From assembly GCA_963668645.2 (NCBI GenBank), contig CAXXWC010000021.1:672001-736000 (forward strand): 64,000 nucleotides of DNA. Reading direction: 5' to 3'. Of the stretch, positions 52,146 through 62,451 are shown in pieces. The first letter of the stretch is position 1. The number at the start of each line of letters is the position of its first letter. Source of the stretch: Desulfobacterales bacterium. GTDB taxonomy: Bacteria > Desulfobacterota > Desulfobacteria > Desulfobacterales > UBA2174. Below the pieces are notes generated by a model that did not search any database, was not told the DNA's origin, and saw only the letters and a program-made list of their open reading frames with translations. The translations under genes were made by a program, and so were the position numbers.

Positions 52146-52541
52146 TCAGATCTCCCACCCCACGGGACCATCCAGGATTCCTCGGGTGGCCAGGACGATC
52201 TGCTCATTGCCGATGGGCTTTTTGAGGACCTGAAATTCAAGGCCCTCGGCCACGACCTGCCTGAGTTCATCGGCAAACTCCTCGTAAAAGGCGGTTACGA
52301 TGTAGACTGGTACCTGCCGGTGGTCCTTGCGGATCTCGCGAAGGGTTTGAACCCCATTGAGTCCGGGCATCTTCAGGTCCAGGTAGATCAGGTCATAGGG
52401 CGCCTCCTGGTTCATCTGGATACCCCGTTCCCCCGAATCGGCCGTATCGACAATGTATCCGGTATCCTCCAGGGCCAGGATGAAGGACTTGCGGATGGCC
52501 TCTTCGTCATCGATGACCAGTATACGTTTGTTCATTCCCAT
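52146..52541 (-). CDS. Single-domain response regulator
   Basis: ILVIDDE, YLDLKMP, IVTAF, KKPI. Confidence 0.9.
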   Translation of the reverse strand: MGMNKRILVIDDEEAIRKSFILALEDTGYIVDTADSGERGIQMNQEAPYDLIYLDLKMPGLNGVQTLREIRKDHRQVPVYIVTAFYEEFADELRQVVAEGLEFQVLKKPIGNEQIVLATRGILDGPVGWEI

Positions 52542-52607
52542 TCTCCCATTAAGTGCTTATTATAGGTCTTCAACTTCAAATCGCCGCTACGCGTCGTGCG
52601 CCCGTTT

Positions 52608-53255
52608 TCAAATAAGCCCCAGCATTTCGGCGATCTTGACCGGATCGGAGATGTCGCCGATGATCCGTCGCGGTCGTTCCCCGGAACTGCGAATCACCGT
52701 GGGTGTCATGAACACACCGTCATTGTAAGCCGCGATCGGATTCTCGAGAATATCGACCACATCGATCTTGCAGCAGATCGATGTCGTTCCATCCACCAGA
52801 GCCCGGAAATCGGCCACCGCCTTGTCATGGAAGGCGCTGCGTGCCGCAACGAAAAAACGGACCTTCTCCGTTCGATCCTTCAAGGGGCCTTCCAACGCGC
52901 CCGCTGCGGCCATGACCAACTCAGCCCTTTGGACGGGCTTGTTAAGCACTTCGAACGAGATCCCTTCCTCCTTCAACCGCTTAAGCCTGTCGCGGAACTC
53001 GGTCTGGAAACCGGTCACGATGTAGACCGGCACCGACGGGTCGATCTGCCGGATCGCCCGCAACGTCTCCGTTCCGCTCATACCCGGCATTTTCAGGTCG
53101 AGCAAAATCAGGTCGACCGACAGTTTCCGCAAAATTTCCAAAGCCGCGTCTCCCGTCGCCACCGTATGGATATCCCGATCTTCTCCGGCAAGCACGATGG
53201 AATAGTAGTCGCGAATGTCTTCTTCATCGTCGACGATCAAAATCTGCTTTTTCAT
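52608..53255 (-). CDS. Receiver domain fused to a C-terminal KaiB domain
   Basis: REC: ILIVDDE...LLDLKMP...IVTG...NKPV. KaiB: VRFFVA...IDVVDILENPIAAYNDGVFMTPTVIR...PRRIIGDISD. Confidence 0.85.
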   Translation of the reverse strand: MKKQILIVDDEEDIRDYYSIVLAGEDRDIHTVATGDAALEILRKLSVDLILLDLKMPGMSGTETLRAIRQIDPSVPVYIVTGFQTEFRDRLKRLKEEGISFEVLNKPVQRAELVMAAAGALEGPLKDRTEKVRFFVAARSAFHDKAVADFRALVDGTTSICCKIDVVDILENPIAAYNDGVFMTPTVIRSSGERPRRIIGDISDPVKIAEMLGLI

Positions 53256-53438
53256 CCAGTGAATCTCCCAACGGGTTTAGTTCGCTCCAGGATACAAAGT
53301 CGCCAATTTGCCGCCGGCACTCAGACGCATCGGGCACATCCTGAGCCCTTTTGCAGTTCGGCCACGCCCACACCGGCTTTGTCCCGGTTTTGCAGATATG
53401 CACCTGGAGGCCGGCCATGTCCAGGGCAAGATTTGCCG

Positions 53439-54947
53439 TCATACCATCGGCAAGAGGATCTCGAAAGTGGTGCCTGCTCCGGTCGCGCTCCGGCATCTGA
53501 GGACCCCACCGAGGGATGCGACGATGCTTTGCGATACCGAAAGGCCCAACCCGGTCCCTTTGCCTGGCGGTTTGGTGGTAAAAAAAGGATCGAAAATCCG
53601 GTTGAAATGCTCGGCCGCTATGCCGGTTCCCGTGTCGCTGAGCAAGAGGCGCATTCGGCCTTCTTCGGGCCGGATCTCGAAGTACAGTTGTCTGTCCCCG
53701 GTGGCAGCCATGGCGTCCAGCGCATTGGTCGTCAGGTTGAGCAGGACCTGCTGGAGGGCATTGACCTTGACCCTCAGCTGGGGACAGTCGGCGGCGATTT
53801 TGCGCTCCACGCGCACGTTTTCTTTTTCGATCCGATAGGCCAGCAGCCTCAGGACGCGTTCCATCGGTTCGCCGGCCGGCACCTCCGTAAAAGGCTCCTG
53901 TTCAGGCTGCCGGATATGCGAAAATGTCAGCATGTTCTGCACCAGATCGATGCAGCGCTTGACTTCACGAATTGCATCGCTCAACACGTTGTATCTGACG
54001 TCCGTCTGTTGGGTATGCTTCAGGCAATACTCGATGAACACCTGCAGGCCCATCATCGGATTGTTCAGTTCATGGGCCACGCCGCCGGCCATCATTCCCA
54101 GGGCCGTCATTTTCTCCGTCATTATCCGATTCTGCTCTTCTTGTTTAGCCGCCGTCAAATCCCGGGCGACAATCACGGCCCCGCCGGGCCGGGCGTCTTT
54201 AAGCTGCAGCGCCGAGGCAGATAATTGAACGGGGATGAAGCGGTTTTTTCGGGTGCGAAGCTGCACTTCCCGCTGATACAGGACGGGGCGGGAAGGGGCG
54301 GATGCAGATATCGCAATGGGCCGGCTGTTGATCACGTCCTTTTGTATCCAGTTGGCAAAAATCGCTTCTTCGAATAGATGGTCCAAGGGTGATCCTATGA
54401 CCTCCTGCTGCTCGTACCCCGACAGCGACAGCAAGGCGTCGTTGACCGTCCGCACGATTCCGTCATCGAAAACCACGATAACCGCGTCCACCATGGACAG
54501 GAGGATGTCCTCCAAATAGTTTTTGGCCTGTTCCAGGGCCACCTTGTCAAGCAGTTCACGCTTTTGCCGGTCCAGTTCGAGGAATACCTGGACTTTGGCC
54601 AGAAGAATTTCCGGTTTGTAGGGTTTGGTGATGAAGTCGACCCCACCGGCCTCGTAGCCTCTGAACAGATGATATTGATCGGAATATACAGCACTCAGAA
54701 AAATAATGGGCAAACGTCGTGTTTTTTCAACGCTCCTGAGAAATTCGGCCAACTCGTAGCCGTCCATGTCAGGCATTTGGACATCGAGAATGGCCAGGGC
54801 AAAGTCGTGCCTTAAGCTGGCCTTGAGGGCCTCATTGCCGCTATCGGCCTGTATGACCATGGCGCCGATATCCCGCAAGAGGCGTTCCAGGACGAGCAGG
54901 TTTTCGGGCCGGTCGTCGACGATCAGAATCTTTTGATTGAAATCCAC
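53439..54947 (-). CDS. REC-PAS-histidine kinase
   Basis: ILIVDDRPENL...LDVQMP; PAS; AHELNNP; NALDA; FFTTK; GTGLGL. Confidence 0.93.
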   Translation of the reverse strand: MDFNQKILIVDDRPENLLVLERLLRDIGAMVIQADSGNEALKASLRHDFALAILDVQMPDMDGYELAEFLRSVEKTRRLPIIFLSAVYSDQYHLFRGYEAGGVDFITKPYKPEILLAKVQVFLELDRQKRELLDKVALEQAKNYLEDILLSMVDAVIVVFDDGIVRTVNDALLSLSGYEQQEVIGSPLDHLFEEAIFANWIQKDVINSRPIAISASAPSRPVLYQREVQLRTRKNRFIPVQLSASALQLKDARPGGAVIVARDLTAAKQEEQNRIMTEKMTALGMMAGGVAHELNNPMMGLQVFIEYCLKHTQQTDVRYNVLSDAIREVKRCIDLVQNMLTFSHIRQPEQEPFTEVPAGEPMERVLRLLAYRIEKENVRVERKIAADCPQLRVKVNALQQVLLNLTTNALDAMAATGDRQLYFEIRPEEGRMRLLLSDTGTGIAAEHFNRIFDPFFTTKPPGKGTGLGLSVSQSIVASLGGVLRCRSATGAGTTFEILLPMV

Positions 54948-54954
54948 AGGGCTT

Positions 54955-55551
54955 TCACTCCATTTGTTTCAGATACGCACCTATCTCCTCGATTGTCATG
55001 ATCCGGTCGACGCACCCGCCGTCGATGGCGGCTTTGGGCATCACCGGACTTTCCGCGGTGGCCGGGTCCTGTGCGATGGTCAGTCCACCCCGCTTTTTTA
55101 TCCGGCCGAGCCCCTCGGTACCGTCGCTGTTGGCTCCGGTCAGGATGATGCCGATGAGACGGGAGCCCCAGGTGCGGGCCGCACTGTCGAAGAAAACGTC
55201 AATGGAAGGTCGTGCATAATTTACCTTTGGATCCACGGACAAGGAAAGCGTCTCGTCCCTTTCGACCAGAAGGTGATAGTTGGCCGGTGCGATATAGATA
55301 TGCCCCGTGCAAAGCAGGGTCTTCTCTTCGGCCTCGACCACGGGCAGCTCGCAGAGTCGGTTGAGGTACTCGGGCAGATATCCGCAGTCGGTTGGGTGCA
55401 GATGCTGGACAACGGCAACGATCAGTGGAAAAGTGCCGGGAAGCACTCGGAACAGGTTCCCCAAGGCCGCCATCCCGCCGGCGGATACACCGATCGCTAC
55501 AGCGCGGAAACCCGCACCGGGATTTTCATTGCTTTGCGACAAAGCGCGCAT
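54955..55551 (-). CDS. cheB: Stand-alone CheB methylesterase (no receiver)
   Basis: IGVSAGG (Ser), VVQH (His), RPSIDV, LTGANSDG (Asp). Confidence 0.92.
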   Translation of the reverse strand: MRALSQSNENPGAGFRAVAIGVSAGGMAALGNLFRVLPGTFPLIVAVVQHLHPTDCGYLPEYLNRLCELPVVEAEEKTLLCTGHIYIAPANYHLLVERDETLSLSVDPKVNYARPSIDVFFDSAARTWGSRLIGIILTGANSDGTEGLGRIKKRGGLTIAQDPATAESPVMPKAAIDGGCVDRIMTIEEIGAYLKQME

Positions 55552-55555
55552 CGCG

Positions 55556-56377
55556 CTAAACCCTTTTGTAAATCTTGGACTTTTCATCCACCGCGATGAA
55601 ATCGTCCTTGACGGAAGAAAACTGAATCGTCTCCTTGGTTCCCAGGCAAAGGAACCCTCCCCTTACCAGAGAATCGCGAAACAGCTTCAGCACCCGATCC
55701 TGCAAATGCCGGTTGAAATAGATAAGCACGTTGCGGCACAAGATCAGATGCGCCTCGGTAAACACGCCGTCGGTCACCAGGTTGTGGTTGGCGAAGGTGA
55801 TTTGCCTTTTCAAGGCATTGTCCAGAGCGACGGCGCCGTAGACCGCATGATAGTATTCGGAAAATGACCGTTTGCCGCCGAAGGCCTGGTAATTGCGGGT
55901 GTACTGCTGGATCTGCTCCAGATCGAAGATGCCTTCCTTGGCCTTGTGCAAAACATGGTCGTTGAAGTCGGTCGCGTAAATCGTGGCCTTGTTGAAAAGT
56001 TCTTCTTCAGAAAGCAGGATGGCCAGGGAGTAAGCCTCTTCCCCGCTGGCGCAACCGGCGTGCCAGATCCGCACAGAGGGATAGGTCTTGAGCACGGCCA
56101 CCACATTCTCTCTCAAGCTGCGATACATGGGCGGGTCGCGAAACATCTCGGTGACCGGAATGGAAAACTGGATAAGAAATTCTCTGAAAAAATCTTCGTC
56201 GTAAAGAATCTTGGCAATCAGCTGGGAGATGCGCTGGCACCCGGCCTGGGGCAGAAACTGGCGAATCCTTCGGCTTACCGACGCCCGGGCGTAATTCTGG
56301 AAGTCGTGCCCGTAGCGGCGGAATACAGCCGACAACAACAGATCGATCTCGATGGATTCGATGTCGTCAGGCTTCAT
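55556..56377 (-). CDS. cheR: CheR protein-glutamate methyltransferase
   Basis: VTEMFRDP, IWHAGCASGEEAYS, ATDFN, CRNVLIYF. Confidence 0.94.
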   Translation of the reverse strand: MKPDDIESIEIDLLLSAVFRRYGHDFQNYARASVSRRIRQFLPQAGCQRISQLIAKILYDEDFFREFLIQFSIPVTEMFRDPPMYRSLRENVVAVLKTYPSVRIWHAGCASGEEAYSLAILLSEEELFNKATIYATDFNDHVLHKAKEGIFDLEQIQQYTRNYQAFGGKRSFSEYYHAVYGAVALDNALKRQITFANHNLVTDGVFTEAHLILCRNVLIYFNRHLQDRVLKLFRDSLVRGGFLCLGTKETIQFSSVKDDFIAVDEKSKIYKRV

Positions 56378-58169
56378 CGAGTCTCCTTTCCAGGGCTTCG
56401 GCCTTTTCCTCGAGTTCCTCATTGGCGGCCTGAAGCTCTTCTTGCTGCATCTTGAGCCGCTCTTCCGAGGTTTTCAAGGCCCGCCGCTGCTCCTCCAGCT
56501 CCTCGTTGAGGGTTCTCAGTTCCTCCTGCTGGACCTGCAGCTCTTCGGTGGCCGCCTGGGAACGCTCGAGGGCCCGGGAAAGTGCTTGCCTGCCCTGGGT
56601 TGTCACCAGGGCGGCCGCCACGGCCGGAGCCGCCGAGGAAAGGTATTCCAATTCCAGATCGGTCTCCGTCGCCAGGGTTCCCAGTTCCACCACCCCGCGC
56701 ACCTGTTCTTCATAGACGAACGGGACGATGAGGATATTCACGGGAGCGGTGTCGCCCAGCCCGGACGAAACGTCCAGGTATCCTTCGGGAACATGGCGCA
56801 CCACAATGGGCGTCCTGTCCTTGAACACCTGTCCCGTGAGCCCTTCTCCACGTTCAAAGGAGACTGCATCGTTTCTTTGAAGGGCGTAACCGGCCGCAAG
56901 ACGCAGCAGATCCTTTCCGTCTTGCTGGATCGCCAGATAAAGAGCCCCCACCTCAGCGCCGATATAGGTCGCCATTTCCGAGAGCACCGCTTTGCTCACC
57001 TCTTCCACGGCCTGTTTGCCCCGAATGATGTCGTTGATCCGGGCAATACCGCTCTTGATCCAGTTGCTCCGGTCACGGGCCACCGAACCTTCCTGAACGC
57101 TACGGGACATGGCGTTGAACGCCGCTGCCACCTCTCCCATTTCGTCCCTGGACGTAATTGAAACCACATGTCCCAATTGACCGCTTTCGATCTGCTGGGC
57201 TGCTTGCTGCAGGCGCTGCAGCGGAAACGTGAGGCGAAAAAGGAAATAGACCGACACACCGAGAACCGAAACGGCGATGAACAGCAGCAGAAAACCGAGT
57301 TTGCGCTTCATGACATGGACAGGTGCCAGGGCCTGGGCAGCGCCCTGTTCGAAGATGAAAACCCATCCCAGAAAATCACTTTTCGAACCGGTGGCCAGCA
57401 ATTCGATGCCCGTCTCGTCGACCCGCGTTTGCAGTGCTTCATCAACCCCTTGAGCGTCTTCCATCAAACGACGAAAAAGAGAGTTGCCCGAGTGATTTTC
57501 CCCGGCCATCACCCTGCTCCAATCCGGATGGCCGATCAATCTTCCATGGTGATCGAGCACGAAGAGGATCCCGGAGCCCCCCATCTTCCTTGCGGTGATG
57601 GCCGCCAGCAGATTGCGGATCGGCAGATCAGCCTCGAGCACACCGGCGACGGTTTGGGCCTTGGGTGTATATAAGGGGATGAAAATGGGAAGCCTCTGCA
57701 TGCCGGCAGAATCGGCCTGCACTTCCCCCAGGCAGACCTTGCCTCCCATCGCCCTGATGAACAGCGGGTCGTTCCGCCGGCTGCGCGGCTTTTCTTCTGC
57801 CCAAATCTTCTCGCGGTCGGCATGGGTCGTCTCGTTTCCCTGCCCATCCATGATGGAATAGGCATGGACTTCCGGAACGCATTGGCGCAAAAAATGCAAC
57901 AGTCTCATCCGGTTGAGGGCACTGCGCGGATCCAGCTCCGTGGTGTTCACCACGATCTGGATCTTCTCGATGCTGCCGTGCACCAGTGCTGCGGCGGTCT
58001 GAACCGCATATTCGCCAACCGCATGGGCATGCTTTCCGATTTCGGCTCTCAGGTTGAGATCCGTCTCTGCGATCGTGTTGATCCCGAAGATGACCAAGGG
58101 GCCAAGGGAGATCAGCATCACGAACACGGGAATCTTGACACTCAGTCTTTGCCACCAACGCACGGACAC
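56367..58169 (-). CDS. Membrane sensor (TM-Cache-TM-HAMP-GAF-coiled coil) with no kinase domain
   Basis: Two TM segments, Cache-like periplasmic part, HAMP (DEMGEVAAAFNAM), GAF (GEGLTGQ...GVVELG); ends after QQEELR..NEELEE heptads. Confidence 0.85.
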   Translation of the reverse strand: MSVRWWQRLSVKIPVFVMLISLGPLVIFGINTIAETDLNLRAEIGKHAHAVGEYAVQTAAALVHGSIEKIQIVVNTTELDPRSALNRMRLLHFLRQCVPEVHAYSIMDGQGNETTHADREKIWAEEKPRSRRNDPLFIRAMGGKVCLGEVQADSAGMQRLPIFIPLYTPKAQTVAGVLEADLPIRNLLAAITARKMGGSGILFVLDHHGRLIGHPDWSRVMAGENHSGNSLFRRLMEDAQGVDEALQTRVDETGIELLATGSKSDFLGWVFIFEQGAAQALAPVHVMKRKLGFLLLFIAVSVLGVSVYFLFRLTFPLQRLQQAAQQIESGQLGHVVSITSRDEMGEVAAAFNAMSRSVQEGSVARDRSNWIKSGIARINDIIRGKQAVEEVSKAVLSEMATYIGAEVGALYLAIQQDGKDLLRLAAGYALQRNDAVSFERGEGLTGQVFKDRTPIVVRHVPEGYLDVSSGLGDTAPVNILIVPFVYEEQVRGVVELGTLATETDLELEYLSSAAPAVAAALVTTQGRQALSRALERSQAATEELQVQQEELRTLNEELEEQRRALKTSEERLKMQQEELQAANEELEEKAEALERRLDEA

Positions 58170-58240
58170 ACCTTCCTTTACCGTACTTTTTCCTTTTGGA
58201 CGTTCATCCCGTTACCCCTGTGCTGATGAAAGCGACCCTT

Positions 58241-61200
58241 TCACCGATAGAGCCAGACCCGCATCATGGATAGCAGGCGTTTGAGGTCCACCGGTTTGAC
58301 CAGGTAGTCGTTGGCCCCGGCCTCTATACACCGCTCTCGGTCTCCGGTCATGGCCTTGGCTGTCAAGGCGATGATGGGAAGGTTGCGAAATCTTTTCTGG
58401 GACCGGATCTTGTGCATGGCCTCGTACCCGTCCATCACAGGCATCATGATATCCATCAGCACGAGGTCCACTTCCGCCCGGCTCTCCAGCACATCCAGCG
58501 CCTGTTTGCCGTCCGCTGCCTTGAGCACCTTCAGGCCCCGTTCCTCCAAAAGACGGGACAGGGCGAAAACGTTGCGCATATCATCGTCGACCATCAGCAC
58601 GGTTTTGGATTGAAACATGGCATCGGTATCGTGCAGGTCGATAATTATTTTGCGTTGCTTTTCAGGCATGCCGCCCACCACCCGATGCAAAAAGAGGGAC
58701 ACCTCGTCCAGAAGGCGCTGATCCGATTTTACCCCTTTGATGATGATCGATTCTGCGTATTGCCGGAGCGTTATCTCCTCATCCGGCGTCAGATCCCTGC
58801 CGGTGTAAACGATCACCGGGGGGATGGGCGCGTTTTCCGTTGCCCCCAAAGTCTTCAAAAGATCGAAGCCGGTCATGTCCGGAAGGCCCAGATCGAGAAT
58901 GATGCAGTCGTATTTGTTGGCCTGCATCGCCTGGATGGTCTCCGCGGCGGTGGCGGCCTCGTCGGTTTGCACGTCCCTGCCGCCGATGAGGTTGATCACG
59001 CCGCGCCGCAGCATCTTGTCATCCTCCACCACCAGGACTTTTTTCATCTTCCGGCTCAGCACGTCTTCGAACCGGGCAAAAACCAAGTCCAGCTCCTCCT
59101 GCTGGGCCGGCTTTTTAAGGAAGCCCACCGCACCCTTGATCATGGCCTCCATGTCCGGATCGTCCACCGACATGATGTGAACCGGAATGTGGCGCAGGTC
59201 CGGGTTGCCCTTCAGCGCCTCGAGGACATCCCACCCGTCAATGCCCGGAAGGCGGATATCCAAAATCACCGCCTGGGGCAGATGGGCCGCGGCGAGGGAA
59301 AGCCCCTCCTCGCCGGTGGCCGAGGCCAGGCACTTGAAACCCCGCTCGCGGCACTGTCGAACCAGAAGCATTGCAAAACGGGGATCATCCTCGATCACCA
59401 GGATGACCCTGTCTCCGGGCCGCAGGGATTCAAGGTCGTCCGAGACCTGCTTACGGTAGGAGGCCGGCGAGCGAGACGACCTCGATGAAGCGTCACGCGG
59501 TGGCTTTGAATCTTCTGCCGGCCGGCTGGCCTCGCGGTTTTGCCCTCGCGGCCAAGGGGCCGGCCGCTCCTGGTCCGGCCCTGGCGCGCCGGCTTTCAGC
59601 GGCAGGCAAAGGGTAAAAGTACTCCCCTCACCGTATCTGCTCTCCAGGCAAATCCCGCCCCCCATAAGGTGGGCCAGTTCCCTGGAGATGGAAAGCCCGA
59701 GCCCCGTGCCGCCGTATCGCCTGGCCGTGGTGCCGTCGGCCTGCTGGAAGGCTTCGAAAATGATCTTTTGTTTCTCCTCGGGGATCCCGATGCCGGTGTC
59801 CTGAACCGAAATCGCCAGGACTTCGGCGCCCTGAAGTCCGATCCGCGAAAGACACCCCTCCGGTGCCTGCTCGCCGAAGCGAACCCGGATCTGCCCGGAT
59901 GATGTAAACTTGACGGCATTGCCGATCAGGTTTCCCAGGATCTGTTCGACGCGTTTTTGATCGGTGGTGATCTTGTCCGGGAGGTCCTGTTCGATGTCGA
60001 TCTCGAATTCCAGCGCTTTGTCCTTGACCATGTGTTGGAATCGTTGCTGCAGCCTGTCGGCAAGATCATGCAAAAAAACCGGCTCAAGGTGCAGGTTCAT
60101 CTTACCGGCCTCGATCTTAGACAGGTCCAGGATTTCGTTGATCAGGGAAAGCAGCTGGTTGCCGCCATCGTAGATCACCCGGGCCGATTCGAGCTGTTCC
60201 TCGGTCAGTGTGCCTTCCCGGTTGTCGACCAGGGACCGGGCCAGCAGCAGCAGGCTGTTGAGTGGGGTGCGCAGCTCATGGGACATGTTGGCCAAAAACT
60301 CGGATTTGTACTTGCTGGCCAAGGCCAGATCCTGGGCTCGCTCTTCCACCTCGGTCCGGGCTCGCTCCAATTCACGGTTGGCCCTTTCGACTTCGTGTTT
60401 CTGGCGCTCCAAGGCCTGCGTCTTTTCCTCGAGTTCTTCGTTGGTGGCGCGCAACTCCTCCTGCTGATTTTTCAGCCGCTCTTCGGACTCCTTCAGGGCC
60501 TGGGTCTGCTCCTCGAGTTCCTCGTTGGCCGCCTTGAGTTCCTCCTGCTGGCTCTGGAGTTCTTCGGCCTGGCGCTGGGTGGTTTTAAGGGCTTTTTGAA
60601 CCTGCTGAGCCGCGGTGGCGGCATGAAGGGCGATGGCGATCCGCTGTGCGCCTTCTTCCATGAAGGTCCGCTGATCCTCTGAAAACGCATCGAAGGCGCC
60701 GATCTCGATCACCCCGAGAACGGCATCGTTGTAAACCAGGGGCGTAATCAGGATACAGGAGGGCGGCATTTCTCCGAGACCGGATGAAACCGCGATGTAG
60801 TCCTGCGGGACGTGAGTGATGAGAATGGACTGCTTTTCCAGGGCAACCTGCCCCACGAGCCCTTCACCCAACTGGAAAACGTTGGAAAGGCCCTTTCTCG
60901 TCTTGTAGGCGTAAGTCGCCCTGAGCCGCAAGAACCCCTTGCCGTCGCTGATATACATGGCCCCCACCTGGGCCCCCAGGCGTTGAGCCACGAAAGCGAC
61001 GACATCCGAACTGAGGCTGTCCACATCCTGAACACCCCGCATGCGGTCATCCAGGTCTGCCTGCCCGGCCTTTAGCCAGTTGCGCCGCTCTTGTTCCTCG
61101 TGGGCCGCCAGGAGCGACTTGACCGCCTCTTTCATCCCGTCCCTGAGCACGCCGACCTCATTGGCCGGGGCCTCAATATCCACTAGGGCGAGATCCCCGG

Positions 61201-62371
61201 CGGCGATCCGCCGTGACCAGTCAGTCAGATTGCGAATCGGCCGCACGATGTAGCCGGCGCCCAGCAAAGATAGAACAAAGGCCACCCCTACCGCCCCAAA
61301 GGTCAGGCCGGCCATGATCAGCGCCAGGTCGTTGGCTGGTTTGAGGGCCTCGGCCGCATCAATTTCTGAGATCATGGCCCAATGAAGGTCCTTGAATTCC
61401 AGAGGCGTCCAGGCCGAGAGCACTTCCACGTCCCGATAGTCCCGGATGACACCGATCCCGTGCCGGCCTTCCAGGGCTTCGCGTACGGCATGGGTGTCGA
61501 CGCCGTTGCTGTCAATCGTCCCGAGCAGCGAGGCTTTGATGTTTCTGGAAGCCGGGTCGTTTATAGAATCGGTCCGCAGGCGCCGGTCCGATCCCACCAC
61601 GTAGGTTTCACCGGATTCACCCAGGCCGTCCCGCATTCCCAGCCGCTTGCTCAGATAGCCCAGGGGAAGCTTGAGCACGAGGTATCCGAGGAGCGCATCC
61701 TCTTCGAAAATGGATGCGCCCATGAACATGGCCGGTTCACCGTGAAAGATGGCGGCATCCACCACTCTCACGTCCCCTTTGCCCGCTGTGGTCAAATCCC
61801 GGTAGAGACGGGCCAGGTTGGTGTCCAGATAGGATTCCGAATGAAGGTCGGCGCCGAAATCATCCCCTTTGCGAAACGTGTAAACGAGGTTCCCATCCTT
61901 GTCGATCAGCAGGATATCGTCGTAACCCTGTATCCTTATGTATGCTTTAAAAAATTGGTGCTCCTCGGCATGCACAACGCTGTAGCTGCTGCCATCGCCG
62001 GCGTCCAGCAGCTTCGGTTTTCCGGCATAAAGGGACTTGAGCCGTTCGGCCCCCAGGTATTTGAAGGCGGCGGCCATGTCCACCATGTCGCTCTTCAAGC
62101 TATTCATCCCGGTGAGAAAATCGATATCGGCCATCCAGCGCATCGTCGTGCTTTCAAAAATCATCTCCTTGACGCCCCGGTCGGCGGAAAGCTGCTGCAT
62201 GGCGTCGCGGATCAATGCGCTGCGGCCCCGCCAATAGGAAACGGCCCCCACCAGGACCATGGGCAAAATGGCCAGCAGTAAAAACCAGGCGAGCAGGGTG
62301 CCACGCATCCCACGGAAAAAACCGCTATTGGGCCCTTGTTCATTCAGGACCGGCGATTCGGTTGGCTTCAT
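58241..62371 (-). CDS. Hybrid sensor kinase (TM-Cache-HAMP-GAF-methyl-accepting coil-HisKA-HATPase-3x REC)
   Basis: QQEELKAANEELEEQ heptads, FLANMSHELRTPLN, NAVKFT, GGTGLGL, three receiver domains. Confidence 0.95.
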   Translation of the reverse strand: MKPTESPVLNEQGPNSGFFRGMRGTLLAWFLLLAILPMVLVGAVSYWRGRSALIRDAMQQLSADRGVKEMIFESTTMRWMADIDFLTGMNSLKSDMVDMAAAFKYLGAERLKSLYAGKPKLLDAGDGSSYSVVHAEEHQFFKAYIRIQGYDDILLIDKDGNLVYTFRKGDDFGADLHSESYLDTNLARLYRDLTTAGKGDVRVVDAAIFHGEPAMFMGASIFEEDALLGYLVLKLPLGYLSKRLGMRDGLGESGETYVVGSDRRLRTDSINDPASRNIKASLLGTIDSNGVDTHAVREALEGRHGIGVIRDYRDVEVLSAWTPLEFKDLHWAMISEIDAAEALKPANDLALIMAGLTFGAVGVAFVLSLLGAGYIVRPIRNLTDWSRRIAAGDLALVDIEAPANEVGVLRDGMKEAVKSLLAAHEEQERRNWLKAGQADLDDRMRGVQDVDSLSSDVVAFVAQRLGAQVGAMYISDGKGFLRLRATYAYKTRKGLSNVFQLGEGLVGQVALEKQSILITHVPQDYIAVSSGLGEMPPSCILITPLVYNDAVLGVIEIGAFDAFSEDQRTFMEEGAQRIAIALHAATAAQQVQKALKTTQRQAEELQSQQEELKAANEELEEQTQALKESEERLKNQQEELRATNEELEEKTQALERQKHEVERANRELERARTEVEERAQDLALASKYKSEFLANMSHELRTPLNSLLLLARSLVDNREGTLTEEQLESARVIYDGGNQLLSLINEILDLSKIEAGKMNLHLEPVFLHDLADRLQQRFQHMVKDKALEFEIDIEQDLPDKITTDQKRVEQILGNLIGNAVKFTSSGQIRVRFGEQAPEGCLSRIGLQGAEVLAISVQDTGIGIPEEKQKIIFEAFQQADGTTARRYGGTGLGLSISRELAHLMGGGICLESRYGEGSTFTLCLPLKAGAPGPDQERPAPWPRGQNREASRPAEDSKPPRDASSRSSRSPASYRKQVSDDLESLRPGDRVILVIEDDPRFAMLLVRQCRERGFKCLASATGEEGLSLAAAHLPQAVILDIRLPGIDGWDVLEALKGNPDLRHIPVHIMSVDDPDMEAMIKGAVGFLKKPAQQEELDLVFARFEDVLSRKMKKVLVVEDDKMLRRGVINLIGGRDVQTDEAATAAETIQAMQANKYDCIILDLGLPDMTGFDLLKTLGATENAPIPPVIVYTGRDLTPDEEITLRQYAESIIIKGVKSDQRLLDEVSLFLHRVVGGMPEKQRKIIIDLHDTDAMFQSKTVLMVDDDMRNVFALSRLLEERGLKVLKAADGKQALDVLESRAEVDLVLMDIMMPVMDGYEAMHKIRSQKRFRNLPIIALTAKAMTGDRERCIEAGANDYLVKPVDLKRLLSMMRVWLYR

Positions 62372-62451
62372 CGGGCCTGCACCTCCAGATCTGCTTCAAG
62401 GTTTTCAGTGCGCTTAAAAGGTCGACCGTACAGATCAACCGTTGCAGGAAT

